From the IMG/VR virus record IMGVR_UViG_3300033148_003715: 64,000 nucleotides of DNA. One strand, written 5' to 3'. The notes under the pieces are model-generated. The model searched no databases. It had not been told where the DNA came from and worked only from the letters and a program-made list of their open reading frames with translations. Made by a program: the position numbers and the translations under genes. Source of the DNA: an uncultured virus (IMG/VR IMGVR_UViG_3300033148_003715). Its lineage: Duplodnaviria; Heunggongvirae; Uroviricota; Caudoviricetes. Below are positions 27,758 through 37,360 of this stretch, piece after piece. How positions within the stretch are numbered: the first letter of the stretch is position 1; every line of letters begins with the position of its first letter.

Positions 27758-28192
27758 ATGACCAAGAAGAAGGCGACGAAGCAGACCGTGAAGGAGAAGA
27801 CGACGAAGAAGAAGCGCGGCAAGAAGAAGGCGACCAAGAACGGGGCCGGCATGAAGGTGCTCGACGGCGACAAGCCCAAGACGCCCCCGAAGCCGAAGCC
27901 GCCCTCGAGGAGCACGGTCACCGAGGCCGAGCACCTGGCCGCGCAGCTATTCGCGGAGCGCGAGACGTCCTCGAGCCTCCGCACGATCGTCAAGGGCAAG
28001 GAGGCGACGATCGCGACCCTCGCGACCGAGCTTGCGCGCCTCAAGGCGATCTGCACCGACATCGACGTCGGCAACGTCAGCAGGCAGAACGCGGAGCTGG
28101 CGAAGAAGTACGGGCTCGAAGCCGGCTACTCGTACTCGGCGGACGAGAAGACCGGGCAGGCGTTCAAGCAGAAGACGGAGCTGGCGAAGTAG
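27758..28192 (+). CDS. Hypothetical protein, Lys-rich N-terminus and coiled coil
   Basis: ORF in operon orientation, GC3-rich. Confidence 0.7.
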   Translation: MTKKKATKQTVKEKTTKKKRGKKKATKNGAGMKVLDGDKPKTPPKPKPPSRSTVTEAEHLAAQLFAERETSSSLRTIVKGKEATIATLATELARLKAICTDIDVGNVSRQNAELAKKYGLEAGYSYSADEKTGQAFKQKTELAK

Positions 28193-28216
28193 CCTCGAGC
28201 CCAGCGGGAGACGGAC

Positions 28217-30457
28217 ATGGCCGACCACCTGACTCTCAAGCAGGCCGCGGCGGGGGTGCCGGCCCCGGGGAAGCTCGCCGAGACCGACAGGGCGATCCTG
28301 TCGGGGCTCGTCCGGTCCTCGAGCGGGACCGCGTCGCTCTACTCGGACACGGTCACGACGGGAATCACGATCGGGGGCGGGGGCGGTGCCCCCGACCTGG
28401 CCTCGGTCGTGATCGGGGCCACAGTCACGATTCCGGGTAGCGGTACAACGTCAACCAGAATCGGTTCCGGGGCGGTCGCCGACAACACCGACGCGGTCGC
28501 GGTTGGAACCAACTCTGACGCTGGAGGTTTGAGGGCGATTGCGATCGGTTTGGGATCTGGTTCATCGGGCGGTCAGAACGTTGCGATCGGATACAACTCC
28601 CTCGCAGACGGATCAGATTCCGCGGTCGCAGTCGGAGACCGGGCCGACGCGGGAGGTCAGAGGGCCGTCGCGATCGGCGGCCTGGCGAACGCCGACTCGC
28701 CAACCACGGTCGCGATCGGGTATCAGGCAGCCGCGACCACGTCTCAGTCAATCGCGATCGGGAGTAGTGCCCAGGTTACGACTAACTTGCGCGGCGTAGC
28801 GATCGGCTCCTCGGCCAGCACGACGATCGGAGGCGTCGCGATCGGCTACAACGCGCAAAACGACTCCGGCGGCAACTCGGGGGTCGCGATCGGCGTTGGG
28901 GCTCAGGCGAATGCCGACAGCGCCACCTGCGTGGGGCGAGGCGCCCTTGGGTCCTCTCATGGGGTCGCCATCGGGGCCACGGCGTCGACCAGTGGAGCCC
29001 TCAGCGCAACCGCTGTCGGTGAAGGGGCGGCGGCGTCAGCCAGTGGCGCCTCGGCGTTCGGCAGGGACTCGAACGCCGGGCACACGGACGCCCTCTGCCT
29101 CGGACGCTTCGCCACCTCGACGGAGTCCAGACAGTGCGTGATCGGGTCGGCCAACGCTCCCCTCACGGCTTTCTACCTGGGTCAGGGTGTCGAGACTACG
29201 GCGACGGCACCAGATATCTTGATCAGTGCCAGCTCGATCGCGACGAGCGAGACCGACGAGTCCGGTGGTTCCGTCGCTTTCCAATCGGGTAAGGGCACTG
29301 GGGCCGGGGCGGCGAGCACGATCACGTTCCAGACCCCGACCGCGCTCGGGTCAGGGACGACCCAGCAGTCCCTCACGACCAGGATGACGATCGGAACCAC
29401 GGTCACGATCCCTGGCAGTGGGACAACGTCGACCCAGATCGGCTCCTCCTCGAGCGCGGCCAACACGGACACGATCGCTGTCGGACGCGCTTCATCGGCC
29501 TCCGGTTCGAGCGGGGGCGCGATAGCGATCGGAGCACAAGCTACGGCCGGGGCCGGCAACCGAAACCTTGCGATCGGCTTTGCCGCCCAGGCGACCGGGA
29601 CCGGGAGCGGGAACTCGACCGTCGTCGGGCATCAGTCCGACGACGGCGACAACACCGCCTGTTCGCTGTTCGGGGCGGGGGTCACGGCGAGCGGCACAAA
29701 CGCCACCGGAATAGGACAGGCCGTCACGGTTGCTGCAAGCGGAACGGCTGTCGGCTGGTCGGCAGATGCCTCGGTGCAGGCCGTGGCGATCGGGAGGGAC
29801 GCACAAGCCGCGAACACCAACTCGGTCGCGATAGGAATGTCGACCAACGTGAGCGGCGTCAACTCGATCGGGGTGGGGCAGAGCGCCGCCGCCGCGGGGA
29901 ACAGTGCTATCGCGATCGGTGGGTCCGCGAGCGCCGCTTACACCGATTCGATAGTACTCGCTAGGAATGCCGTCTCCACAGCCGTGAGTCAGTTCGTGGT
30001 CGGATCTCCCTCGCATACGATCGCGGCCTTCTATCTCGGCGAGGGTGTTGAGACGACCAACGCGGCCCCGGACGTCGTGATCAGCGCCAGCTCGATCGCA
30101 ACAAGCGAGACCGACGAGGCTGGTGGAACGATCACCTTCCAGTCCGGGAAGGGCAGGGGCGACGGCACCGAATCAACGATCGTGTTCCAGACGCCGAACA
30201 AGGTCGGCACAGGAACGGACCCGCAGACCCTCACAACGCGGGTCTTGATCTCTGCAACCGACGTCACATTGGGTAGCGCCGACGACGAGAACGTCAACCT
30301 CGCCAGCAGCGGAGGTAAGGTCGGGTTCTACGGTGTGGCCGCCGTGGCGAAGCAGACGATCGCCACGGCGCGGGATAACCCTGAGGGAGCCCTCAAGGAT
30401 CTCTTGGTGGCTCTTGCGGCGCTCGGGATCCTCACGGACAGCACGACGGCTTCGTAG
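28217..30457 (+). CDS. Fibre/adhesin with YadA-head-like repeats
   Basis: Many 14-15-aa repeats ending A(V/I)AIG; two-module internal duplication. Confidence 0.8.
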   Translation: MADHLTLKQAAAGVPAPGKLAETDRAILSGLVRSSSGTASLYSDTVTTGITIGGGGGAPDLASVVIGATVTIPGSGTTSTRIGSGAVADNTDAVAVGTNSDAGGLRAIAIGLGSGSSGGQNVAIGYNSLADGSDSAVAVGDRADAGGQRAVAIGGLANADSPTTVAIGYQAAATTSQSIAIGSSAQVTTNLRGVAIGSSASTTIGGVAIGYNAQNDSGGNSGVAIGVGAQANADSATCVGRGALGSSHGVAIGATASTSGALSATAVGEGAAASASGASAFGRDSNAGHTDALCLGRFATSTESRQCVIGSANAPLTAFYLGQGVETTATAPDILISASSIATSETDESGGSVAFQSGKGTGAGAASTITFQTPTALGSGTTQQSLTTRMTIGTTVTIPGSGTTSTQIGSSSSAANTDTIAVGRASSASGSSGGAIAIGAQATAGAGNRNLAIGFAAQATGTGSGNSTVVGHQSDDGDNTACSLFGAGVTASGTNATGIGQAVTVAASGTAVGWSADASVQAVAIGRDAQAANTNSVAIGMSTNVSGVNSIGVGQSAAAAGNSAIAIGGSASAAYTDSIVLARNAVSTAVSQFVVGSPSHTIAAFYLGEGVETTNAAPDVVISASSIATSETDEAGGTITFQSGKGRGDGTESTIVFQTPNKVGTGTDPQTLTTRVLISATDVTLGSADDENVNLASSGGKVGFYGVAAVAKQTIATARDNPEGALKDLLVALAALGILTDSTTAS

Positions 30458-30630
30458 TGGCGAAGTGGGAGGAGGACGTGTGTTCTGTGCTTTGCTGGCT
30501 AGTCGCCGTCCTCCTGGGCTGCTGCGTGGCCCAGCACCAGATAGCGTGTGGGGCATGGATCGCCGGGAGCTAGACGGGAGCTGACGACAAGGGTGCTTTC
30601 GAGTACTCTGGCAGCAGGAAGGAGTGAGGC

Positions 30631-31743
30631 ATGCCGAGCCTGGCACGAGGAGAATCGAGCACCCAGGGCGACCCAGTCCTCGATCTCTGGACCGCCGTCG
30701 GGAACCCGGCCGTCCTCACGGACGTCGCGCTCCTCCGGTTCAGGGTCTACGACATCTCGACCCCGGCCAAGCGCGGCACCCCCGTCCAGGTCCACCCGGG
30801 CACGCTCGGCGACTGGGAGGACCTGGACCCGGTTAACGACGCCCCGACCGGGCACCGACTCGGGACCGGCCACAACTACGCCCCCTACACGGTCCCGCTC
30901 GACGAGGCGATCGGCGACCACAAGATCGTGTGGGAGTTCCAGCACTCGGCGGTCTCGCCGTGGGAGACGCTCTCGGAGGAGTTCTACGTCGCCGAGGGCA
31001 CGATCCCGACCGCAGACACGTACTGCGGCGTCTCGTGTCTCCGTGCCGAGGGCTACACGGACCCGCCCTTCACCGACGCCAGGATCGACATGCTGATCGC
31101 GCTCGCGACCCGCTATATCGACAAGGTCACCGGGCGCTGGTTCACGCCGCGCACGTTCGACGACTCCGGTCGGTTCAGGGCTGACGGGAAGGACTCCAGG
31201 ACCCTCCACCTCGAGGTCCCGATCATTCGCCTCGACAAGCTCTACATCGAGAACCAGGGGCTCGTCTCGGGCGATCTGACCGAGATCGACCTCGACGCCG
31301 TCAGGGTCTACAACCGCCACGTCTCGGGCATGACCCAGCCCGACGACCGCGAGAACCCCAAGCTGTCGTTCATTCAGACGCGAGCCATGCAGATCCACGC
31401 CGAGGGCCTCTTTCCGGCTCCGCGAGTCTTCCCCCTGGGGAGGCTCAACGTGCAGATCGAGGGCGTGTTCGGCTACACGGACCCGGACGGCTCCCCGTTC
31501 GGCTGCACCCCTCTCCTGATCCAGCAGGTCTGCTGTCGTCTCGTGGCCCGCGACCTCCTGCTTGATTCGGACGCCTGCGAGAAGCTGAACGTGAAGCAGA
31601 AGTACCGGATCATCTCCGACAAGGAGGGGTCGACGACGGTCAAGCTCCAGAACCTCTGGCTCAAGGGGGCGTTCACGGGCGATCCCGAGATTGACAACGT
31701 CTTGATGGCCTTCAAACGTCCTCCCCGCATGGCGGCCGTCTAG
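30631..31743 (+). CDS. Head-tail adaptor/neck protein with N-terminal extra domain
   Basis: YCGVSCLRAEG, LIALATRYIDKVTGRWF, NVQIEGVFGY...PLLIQQVCCRLV, FTGDPEIDNVL. Confidence 0.7.
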   Translation: MPSLARGESSTQGDPVLDLWTAVGNPAVLTDVALLRFRVYDISTPAKRGTPVQVHPGTLGDWEDLDPVNDAPTGHRLGTGHNYAPYTVPLDEAIGDHKIVWEFQHSAVSPWETLSEEFYVAEGTIPTADTYCGVSCLRAEGYTDPPFTDARIDMLIALATRYIDKVTGRWFTPRTFDDSGRFRADGKDSRTLHLEVPIIRLDKLYIENQGLVSGDLTEIDLDAVRVYNRHVSGMTQPDDRENPKLSFIQTRAMQIHAEGLFPAPRVFPLGRLNVQIEGVFGYTDPDGSPFGCTPLLIQQVCCRLVARDLLLDSDACEKLNVKQKYRIISDKEGSTTVKLQNLWLKGAFTGDPEIDNVLMAFKRPPRMAAV

Positions 31744-32258
31744 TGGGAACCCTCAAGCCGTGCTTCTCCGTCTCGGGCGACTCGGTCGAGGTCGCGGTAA
31801 TCGAGGTCTACGACGAGGCCAAGGCGCGCGAGGTCGCGTCAGTCGAGTACCCGACCAATCCCGGCTTCGACGACCTCCTGGGCGAGCCCTACTTGGAGGA
31901 CGGGGACGACGACGGGATCGGGGACCGGGTCCGGCCCGGCACCGAGTACGAAGTCAAGGCCAGGGCCAAGTTCGCCGCCAACGAGGAGCAGGACCAGGGC
32001 CAGGTCGGGAACGACCCCAGGACGGTCCTCACACTGGTCGTCGACACGAGGATCCTGACCGGGCTCGGGCTCTACTCGGCGGGCGTCTTCGGGGTCCGCC
32101 CAAACGACCGACTCCTCCGGCTTGAGAGGAACGACGGGACGACCAGGCTCGACTTCGTCCACGCGGGACGGGAGGGCTTGTTTGTTTACGAGGTCCGGCC
32201 GGGCGAGACCGGCTCAGGGATGGTGAAGATCCTCCTCGAGAGGAGACAGTCGCGGTGA
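31743..32258 (+). CDS. Putative head closure protein
   Basis: Position after the adaptor; beta-rich. Confidence 0.5.
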   Translation: MGTLKPCFSVSGDSVEVAVIEVYDEAKAREVASVEYPTNPGFDDLLGEPYLEDGDDDGIGDRVRPGTEYEVKARAKFAANEEQDQGQVGNDPRTVLTLVVDTRILTGLGLYSAGVFGVRPNDRLLRLERNDGTTRLDFVHAGREGLFVYEVRPGETGSGMVKILLERRQSR

Positions 32259-32260
32259 GG

Positions 32261-32278
32261 GTTTGGGATATCCCAAAC
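32261..32278. promoter_or_regulatory. 18-bp palindrome, copy 5 (perfect)
   Basis: GTTTGGGATATCCCAAAC, 2 nt after a stop. Confidence 0.85.
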
Positions 32279-32411
32279 TTTCCCAGGCCCCTCAGAGCCC
32301 CTCAGAGCCCCGAGGGCGATCGGTGGGCCGATCCATCACCCCAGCCACGATCAGGCCCGTACACGCGCCCGGAGAGCGTTCGGGAGTGTATCCCTGTTGG
32401 ATCGGAGACCC

Positions 32412-33005
32412 GTGGCCGGGTTTAGCATGCGTACGGCCCTCTCGAGTTCCTGGCAGATCGCCAGAGTCAGGTTCAGCACTGCCGTCGCGACCAGTCAGGG
32501 ACGGCAGTGGCTCGCAATTAGGAGAGCCGCCCTACTGGCAGAGCGGGAGCTGAAGAAGGGTCTCAGGAGTGGAGCCCCCGGAGGGCAGCGGTTCAAGCCC
32601 CTCGCACTCAGCACGACGCTCCTCAGGGGCGGGAAGAAGCCGCTGCTCGACACGGGTTCGCTCCTGGGATCGATCACGACCAATCTCAACAAGGGAAGGA
32701 AGTCGGCATTCGTCGGAGTACTCAGGACGGCCAGGAAGAACGGCGACAACCTCATGAACGTCGCGGTCGCCCACGAGTTCGGAACGAAGCGATACGTGGT
32801 CAAGGTCACGCCCGCCATGCGTCGATTCTTCTGGGTCCTCCACTTCAAGAGCGGCGGCAGGATCAAGCCCTTCAAGGCGAGCACGACCTGGTTCATGCAT
32901 CCCGGGGTGCCCGCGCGGCCGTTCGTGCGACCTGTGATCCGGGCGATTCGGCCTCGGCTCGAGCGTGAGATCAGAGTTGTCTTCGGACGCACGGGAGGGA
33001 TCTAG
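32412..33005 (+). CDS. Virion morphogenesis/neck protein
   Basis: FKPLALST, KPLLDTGSLLGSI, AVAHEFG, VPARPFVRP. Confidence 0.8.
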   Translation: MAGFSMRTALSSSWQIARVRFSTAVATSQGRQWLAIRRAALLAERELKKGLRSGAPGGQRFKPLALSTTLLRGGKKPLLDTGSLLGSITTNLNKGRKSAFVGVLRTARKNGDNLMNVAVAHEFGTKRYVVKVTPAMRRFFWVLHFKSGGRIKPFKASTTWFMHPGVPARPFVRPVIRAIRPRLEREIRVVFGRTGGI

Positions 33006-33919
33006 TGGCCGCACCAACTATCACTTCCGTCGTCCCTGCCCTGGGCCTGAGCCTGGGCGAGACGTTCGTCACGATCAACGGGACCGGGTTCAACGACGAT
33101 GTCTCGGGAGGGACGATCAGGGTCCTCTTCGGCACCGTCGAGGCCCTCGAGTACGGGGCCGTGGACTCGACCAAGGTGATCGCGCTCACGCCGGGCGGCG
33201 AGGTCGGCGACGTCGACGTCACCGTGGTCAACGTGCCCGCGTCGGGACCGGACGAGCCCACGACGCTCTCGGACGGGTTCGAGTACCGCCGCCCCGCGAT
33301 CGAGACCAAGCGCGACCACTCCGAGGACGAGGCGATCGTGGCTGTGACCCGCACGCTCGTGAAGGAGCTGCGCCGCACCGTCCTCGCCAACACCCACCAC
33401 GACATGCACCCCGAGTACGTGGACGACGTCTCGGCCCTGGTCCCGGAGGAGAAGCAGGAGGAGGTGCCGAGCCTGGAGGTGCGCGGGCCGTCGATCCAAG
33501 AGGACAGGTTCTACGCCGTCAACGGTCGCTACTCGGTCAGGACATCCGCCGCTCCCGGTGGCACGCACGACACGTTCAATCAGCCGGTCACGCTCCGGCT
33601 CGAGTACCAGTACGTGGGCGTGGCCCGGTCCACGGGTGAGATCAGCAACCTGTTCGCGGCCGTGACCGGCTTCTTCAATCGCACGCCGTTCCTATCCGTG
33701 CCCGTCGATGGCCTCGACCCCGCCAACGGAACGATCGAGTTCGAGTTGTCGCCCGTGTGGGAGCAGAGGGCCGAGTTCAGGTCCCGTGCCACCAGGGCCG
33801 CCACGTACCAGTTCGAGGGCTCGTTCGTCGTCAGGGGTGTTCACGTCGTCGGCGACGATAAGGTCTCCGAAGGCAAGGATGTCTCGGAGGTCGTGGTCGA
33901 AACGGAGACGTTGCCCTAG
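33005..33919 (+). CDS. IPT/TIG-domain tail completion protein
   Basis: APTITSVVPALG...GETFVTINGTGF..VLFG...ALTP....VDVTVVN (IPT/TIG); precedes the sheath. Confidence 0.65.
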   Translation: MAAPTITSVVPALGLSLGETFVTINGTGFNDDVSGGTIRVLFGTVEALEYGAVDSTKVIALTPGGEVGDVDVTVVNVPASGPDEPTTLSDGFEYRRPAIETKRDHSEDEAIVAVTRTLVKELRRTVLANTHHDMHPEYVDDVSALVPEEKQEEVPSLEVRGPSIQEDRFYAVNGRYSVRTSAAPGGTHDTFNQPVTLRLEYQYVGVARSTGEISNLFAAVTGFFNRTPFLSVPVDGLDPANGTIEFELSPVWEQRAEFRSRATRAATYQFEGSFVVRGVHVVGDDKVSEGKDVSEVVVETETLP

Positions 33920-33940
33920 CGGGGCTAAATCAGTTAGACT
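33911..33940 (+). promoter_or_regulatory. Sigma70-like promoter candidate for the sheath operon
   Basis: TTGCCC-18 nt-TAGACT; same -10 and spacing as 13664-13693. Confidence 0.45.
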
Positions 33941-33966
33941 CTGGCGAGACCGTGGAGGAGGCCGAG

Positions 33967-34188
33967 ATGGCACAACTCAAGAACCTTCTGAGGCGCACCC
34001 GTGCGTTCAACCTCGAGCACCCCACGTTCCTCAATCTCGCGGGCGAGAACGGCGTCGGGAAGCCCGAGGCGTTGACCCTCCTCCCGAGGGAGACGAAGAC
34101 CGTCCACGCCGACGTCCTCGCCTGCGTCGAGGTCAGGAACGCGCTCAGACCCTCGAAGGGCCGCCCGACCCTCCGGGTCATGGGGTAG
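33967..34188 (+). CDS. Small protein preceding the sheath
   Basis: GGAGGAG RBS. Confidence 0.65.
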   Translation: MAQLKNLLRRTRAFNLEHPTFLNLAGENGVGKPEALTLLPRETKTVHADVLACVEVRNALRPSKGRPTLRVMG

Positions 34189-34217
34189 ACCGAACACAGG
34201 AACACGAGGAGTAGTCC

Positions 34218-36500
34218 ATGCCTCCGTCCAACCTCTTGCTCGCGTCCAAGATCGTCGTGGTCGAGGAGCCGCCCCAGATCAGGAACATCCCCGGTGTCCC
34301 GACCGCGATCCTAGCCTTCGAGGGCGTGACCGAGCGCGGGCCGCTGCGCGTGCCTCAGTTCATCACCGACTTCGAGCAGTTCGTAGAGGTCTTCGGTGGG
34401 CACATCGCCGAGTCCGACCTCTCGATCGCGATCGAGGCCGCGTTCCGCAACGGTGCGACCGCCATGTGGGTGACCCGCGTCTGCCACTACACGGACGTCA
34501 CGGACAACGCAACCGCCGAGGCGACCAAGGGGTCGCAGATGATCGTCGACCGCGGAGGCGTCGCGGGCGTGGCCGTCCTGGACTCGAACGCGGGTCCGTT
34601 CGCGCTCCTCCCCGCCGACATCCTCGAGGTGAACCTGGACGGGGCTGGGGCCGATCCCCTCACCCTGACGGCGGCCGAGGGTTCGGACGAGTCGGGGAAC
34701 TCGCAGCCGTTCGCGCTCGTCAACCTCGACACGTTCGTCTACCAGACCAACGCGGCCCTCGACGACACCGCGCTCGGCCTCCAGCGGACGATCACCTTCC
34801 TCGCCGCTGACCCGCTGATCGGCACGATCGGGGCCGCCACCGCGGAGGAGATCGCCGCGGTGATCAACCGCGACGGGATCGGGATCAGCGCCGAGGTCAC
34901 CTCGAGCACCAAGGTGACGATCAAGAGCGACGCCAAGGGGACGGGGGCGAAGCTCGTCGTCGACGCCTCCAGCACGGCGATTGCGGGCGGCAAGCTCAAC
35001 CTCCCCGCCCAGACCAACTCGGGCTCCGGCAACGTCTCCCTGATCGGCGGCGTCACCGCGGCCGAGCTGGCCGGGCTTCTGACCGCGCTCCCACTCTCGA
35101 GCGGCACCGCGACCGTCTACGACACGACCAAGCTGCGCATGACCAGCACCGGCACGGGCGTCTCCGCGACGGTTGTGATTACCGCGAACACGACCGCCTC
35201 CGGGATCTTCACGGGCAGCCTCCCGATCACCCAGCCCGGGACCGACGCGGCCGAGTCGAACACGATCAAGGTCACGGGCCGCGACCCCGGGACGTGGATC
35301 CAGAGCTACTCGGTCACGATCGAGGCCCCCACGTCGGGCGACTCCGACCGGTTCAACCTCCGGGTCCTGAAGGGGACCGCGACCGCCGAGGTGTGGCCCA
35401 ACCTGTCCATGGACGACACCGACGCCCGCTACGTCGAGGACTTCATCAACGAGAACAGCAAGCTCGCCGACGTCGAGGACCAGTCGAGCCCCGCCTCGTC
35501 CCCCAACAACCGACCCAAGCTGGGCAACTGGTCGGCCTGGGCCGGCGACGACGACGGCCTCTCGGGCCTGGTCGACGTCGACTTCGTCGGGAGCGAGGCG
35601 GGCGGCACGGGCCTCTACGCATTCGACCTCGTGACGACGATCACCGTCCTCGCCATCCCCGGCAGGGCCACCAGCGCGGTCCACAACGCCATGGTCGCTT
35701 ACTGCGAGGTCCACCGGGCCAAGCAGACCTTCCCGATCCTGGACCCGCCCGAGGGACTCGACGCGCAGCAGATCAAGACCTACGTCGAGACCACCGCGGC
35801 GCTCTACAACCTGTCCGAGTTCGGGGCGATCTACTGGCCTCGCGTCGAGATCCTCAACCCCTCGACGACGATCTATGGGACCGGCGAGACGATCTTCGTC
35901 CCGCCCTCGGGGCACATCGCCGGCCTCTACGCGCGAGTCGACGCCAGCACGCCTGGCGGCGTCTACGTGCCCCCCGCGGGGGTCGAGAACGGTGTCCTGT
36001 TCGGGGTCCTTGGGTTCGAGACCGACGACGTCCTTGACGAGCGGAAGCGCGACGTCGTCTTCCCTTCGAGGATCAACCCGATCACGTTCATCGACGGAGC
36101 GCCTCGTCACGTCGACGGAGCCAGGACCCTCAAGGGCAACGGGAACTTCCCGAGCGTGAGCGAGCGCCGCGGGGTGATCTTCATCGAGCAGTCTCTCAAG
36201 CTCGGCCTCCTGTTTGCCAAGCACCGGAGCAACGACCGCCGGCTCCGCATGGAAGTGAAGAGGAGCATCGAGACATTCCTCCTGCTCCAGTACGGCAACG
36301 GGGCGTTCCGGGGAGCGACGCCAGCGGAGAGCTTCTACGTCGACGTCTCCGACGCACTCAACACGATCGAGCGGATCTTCGCCGGGGAGCTGCACGCGAG
36401 GATCGGACTGGCGACTCAGAAGCCGGCCGAGTTCATCGTCCTCAAGTTCACGCAGGATACGCGGGAGCTGGAGGAGCGCCTGGCTGGGGCGCTCGGCTAG
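34218..36500 (+). CDS. Tail sheath protein
   Basis: TAILAFEGVTERGP, FRNGA...VTRV, ILDPP, GAIYWPRV, VPPSGHIAGLYARVD, PPAG, INPI, GARTL, RRG.IFIEQS, IGLA.QKPAEFIVLKF. Confidence 0.95.
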   Translation: MPPSNLLLASKIVVVEEPPQIRNIPGVPTAILAFEGVTERGPLRVPQFITDFEQFVEVFGGHIAESDLSIAIEAAFRNGATAMWVTRVCHYTDVTDNATAEATKGSQMIVDRGGVAGVAVLDSNAGPFALLPADILEVNLDGAGADPLTLTAAEGSDESGNSQPFALVNLDTFVYQTNAALDDTALGLQRTITFLAADPLIGTIGAATAEEIAAVINRDGIGISAEVTSSTKVTIKSDAKGTGAKLVVDASSTAIAGGKLNLPAQTNSGSGNVSLIGGVTAAELAGLLTALPLSSGTATVYDTTKLRMTSTGTGVSATVVITANTTASGIFTGSLPITQPGTDAAESNTIKVTGRDPGTWIQSYSVTIEAPTSGDSDRFNLRVLKGTATAEVWPNLSMDDTDARYVEDFINENSKLADVEDQSSPASSPNNRPKLGNWSAWAGDDDGLSGLVDVDFVGSEAGGTGLYAFDLVTTITVLAIPGRATSAVHNAMVAYCEVHRAKQTFPILDPPEGLDAQQIKTYVETTAALYNLSEFGAIYWPRVEILNPSTTIYGTGETIFVPPSGHIAGLYARVDASTPGGVYVPPAGVENGVLFGVLGFETDDVLDERKRDVVFPSRINPITFIDGAPRHVDGARTLKGNGNFPSVSERRGVIFIEQSLKLGLLFAKHRSNDRRLRMEVKRSIETFLLLQYGNGAFRGATPAESFYVDVSDALNTIERIFAGELHARIGLATQKPAEFIVLKFTQDTRELEERLAGALG

Positions 36501-36516
36501 GCCAAGAGGAGGCACC

Positions 36517-36975
36517 ATGACAATCCGGGGCGTCACCAAGCAGTACCACAAGAAGTTCACGTTTCTGATCGAGATCCGTGGCGTGATCTCGGCCGCGTTC
36601 CGTACCTGTGGCGAGATCGGGCTCGAGATCGCCAAGATCGAGCACTTCGAAGGCGGTTCGCTGATCCCTCACAAGGGCATGGGTCGGGTCACGGTCGCGG
36701 ACGTGGAGCTGACCCGCGGGGCCACATCGGACCTCGACCTCTACAACTGGATGCAGGAGGCGGTCGGGGCCGGGGCGATGCTTGCCGAGGACGCCGTGAA
36801 GCGCACCCTCGACGTGGTCGAACTCGACAGAGCCGGGACCGAGGTGCGTCGCTGGACCTTGGTCAACGCCTTCCCGATCAAGTGGGTCGGGGGCGAGTGG
36901 GACAATGAGGTCGACGAGAACACGATCGAGAAGGTCACCCTCGCCTACGACTACCCGGTCCTGAACACTGGGTAG
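36517..36975 (+). CDS. Tail tube protein (T4 gp19-like)
   Basis: F.F.IEI.G, VELTRG, LYNW, RWTLVNAFPIKW, IEKVTLAYD; follows the sheath. Confidence 0.9.
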   Translation: MTIRGVTKQYHKKFTFLIEIRGVISAAFRTCGEIGLEIAKIEHFEGGSLIPHKGMGRVTVADVELTRGATSDLDLYNWMQEAVGAGAMLAEDAVKRTLDVVELDRAGTEVRRWTLVNAFPIKWVGGEWDNEVDENTIEKVTLAYDYPVLNTG

Positions 36976-37019
36976 TTTCGGTCGAGGTCAGACGAACACC
37001 CTGAGGAAGGAACAAGAAC

Positions 37020-37313
37020 ATGGGACTCGAGGAGATCACCAAGGACACCGTCAAGGGGGCCGCGATCCGCGAGCTTCAGGGCCTCGCCATGGCGCTCGTC
37101 GCCGGGGCCGCGAAGGACACGAACATCGCGATCACGGGCGTCACGGTTCGTCGCACCACGATCGTCGGTGTGCTCGAGTTCGTCGCCGCCACGCCGGTCC
37201 TGAACGACCGCACCGCTGAGGCCAATGTGACCAGTGACGGGAACATCCAGCTCGACACGACCGACACGTCGGGCAGCCAGCTCGTCGTGCTTTACTTCCA
37301 CAAGGCCGAGTAG
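37020..37313 (+). CDS. Hypothetical structural protein
   Basis: ORF after the tube gene, GC3-rich. Confidence 0.7.
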   Translation: MGLEEITKDTVKGAAIRELQGLAMALVAGAAKDTNIAITGVTVRRTTIVGVLEFVAATPVLNDRTAEANVTSDGNIQLDTTDTSGSQLVVLYFHKAE

Positions 37314-37328
37314 CCGCCTACGCTCGCC

Positions 37329-37360
37329 TGGTCGGGTCTGCGACATCACAGACCCGACCA
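37329..37360. terminator. 12-bp hairpin after the tube genes
   Basis: TGGTCGGGTCTG-8 nt-CAGACCCGACCA, followed by GATTAGAG twice. Confidence 0.55.

Noticed and set aside
28548..28557. Half-sites of the palindrome (GTTTGGGATC here; TTTGGGATC near 15113)
   Set aside because: The second arm is missing, so they were not counted.
28217..30457. Diversity-generating retroelement template/variable repeat pair
   Set aside because: The duplicated segments are in-frame protein modules differing mainly at synonymous positions, and there is no reverse transcriptase in the window.
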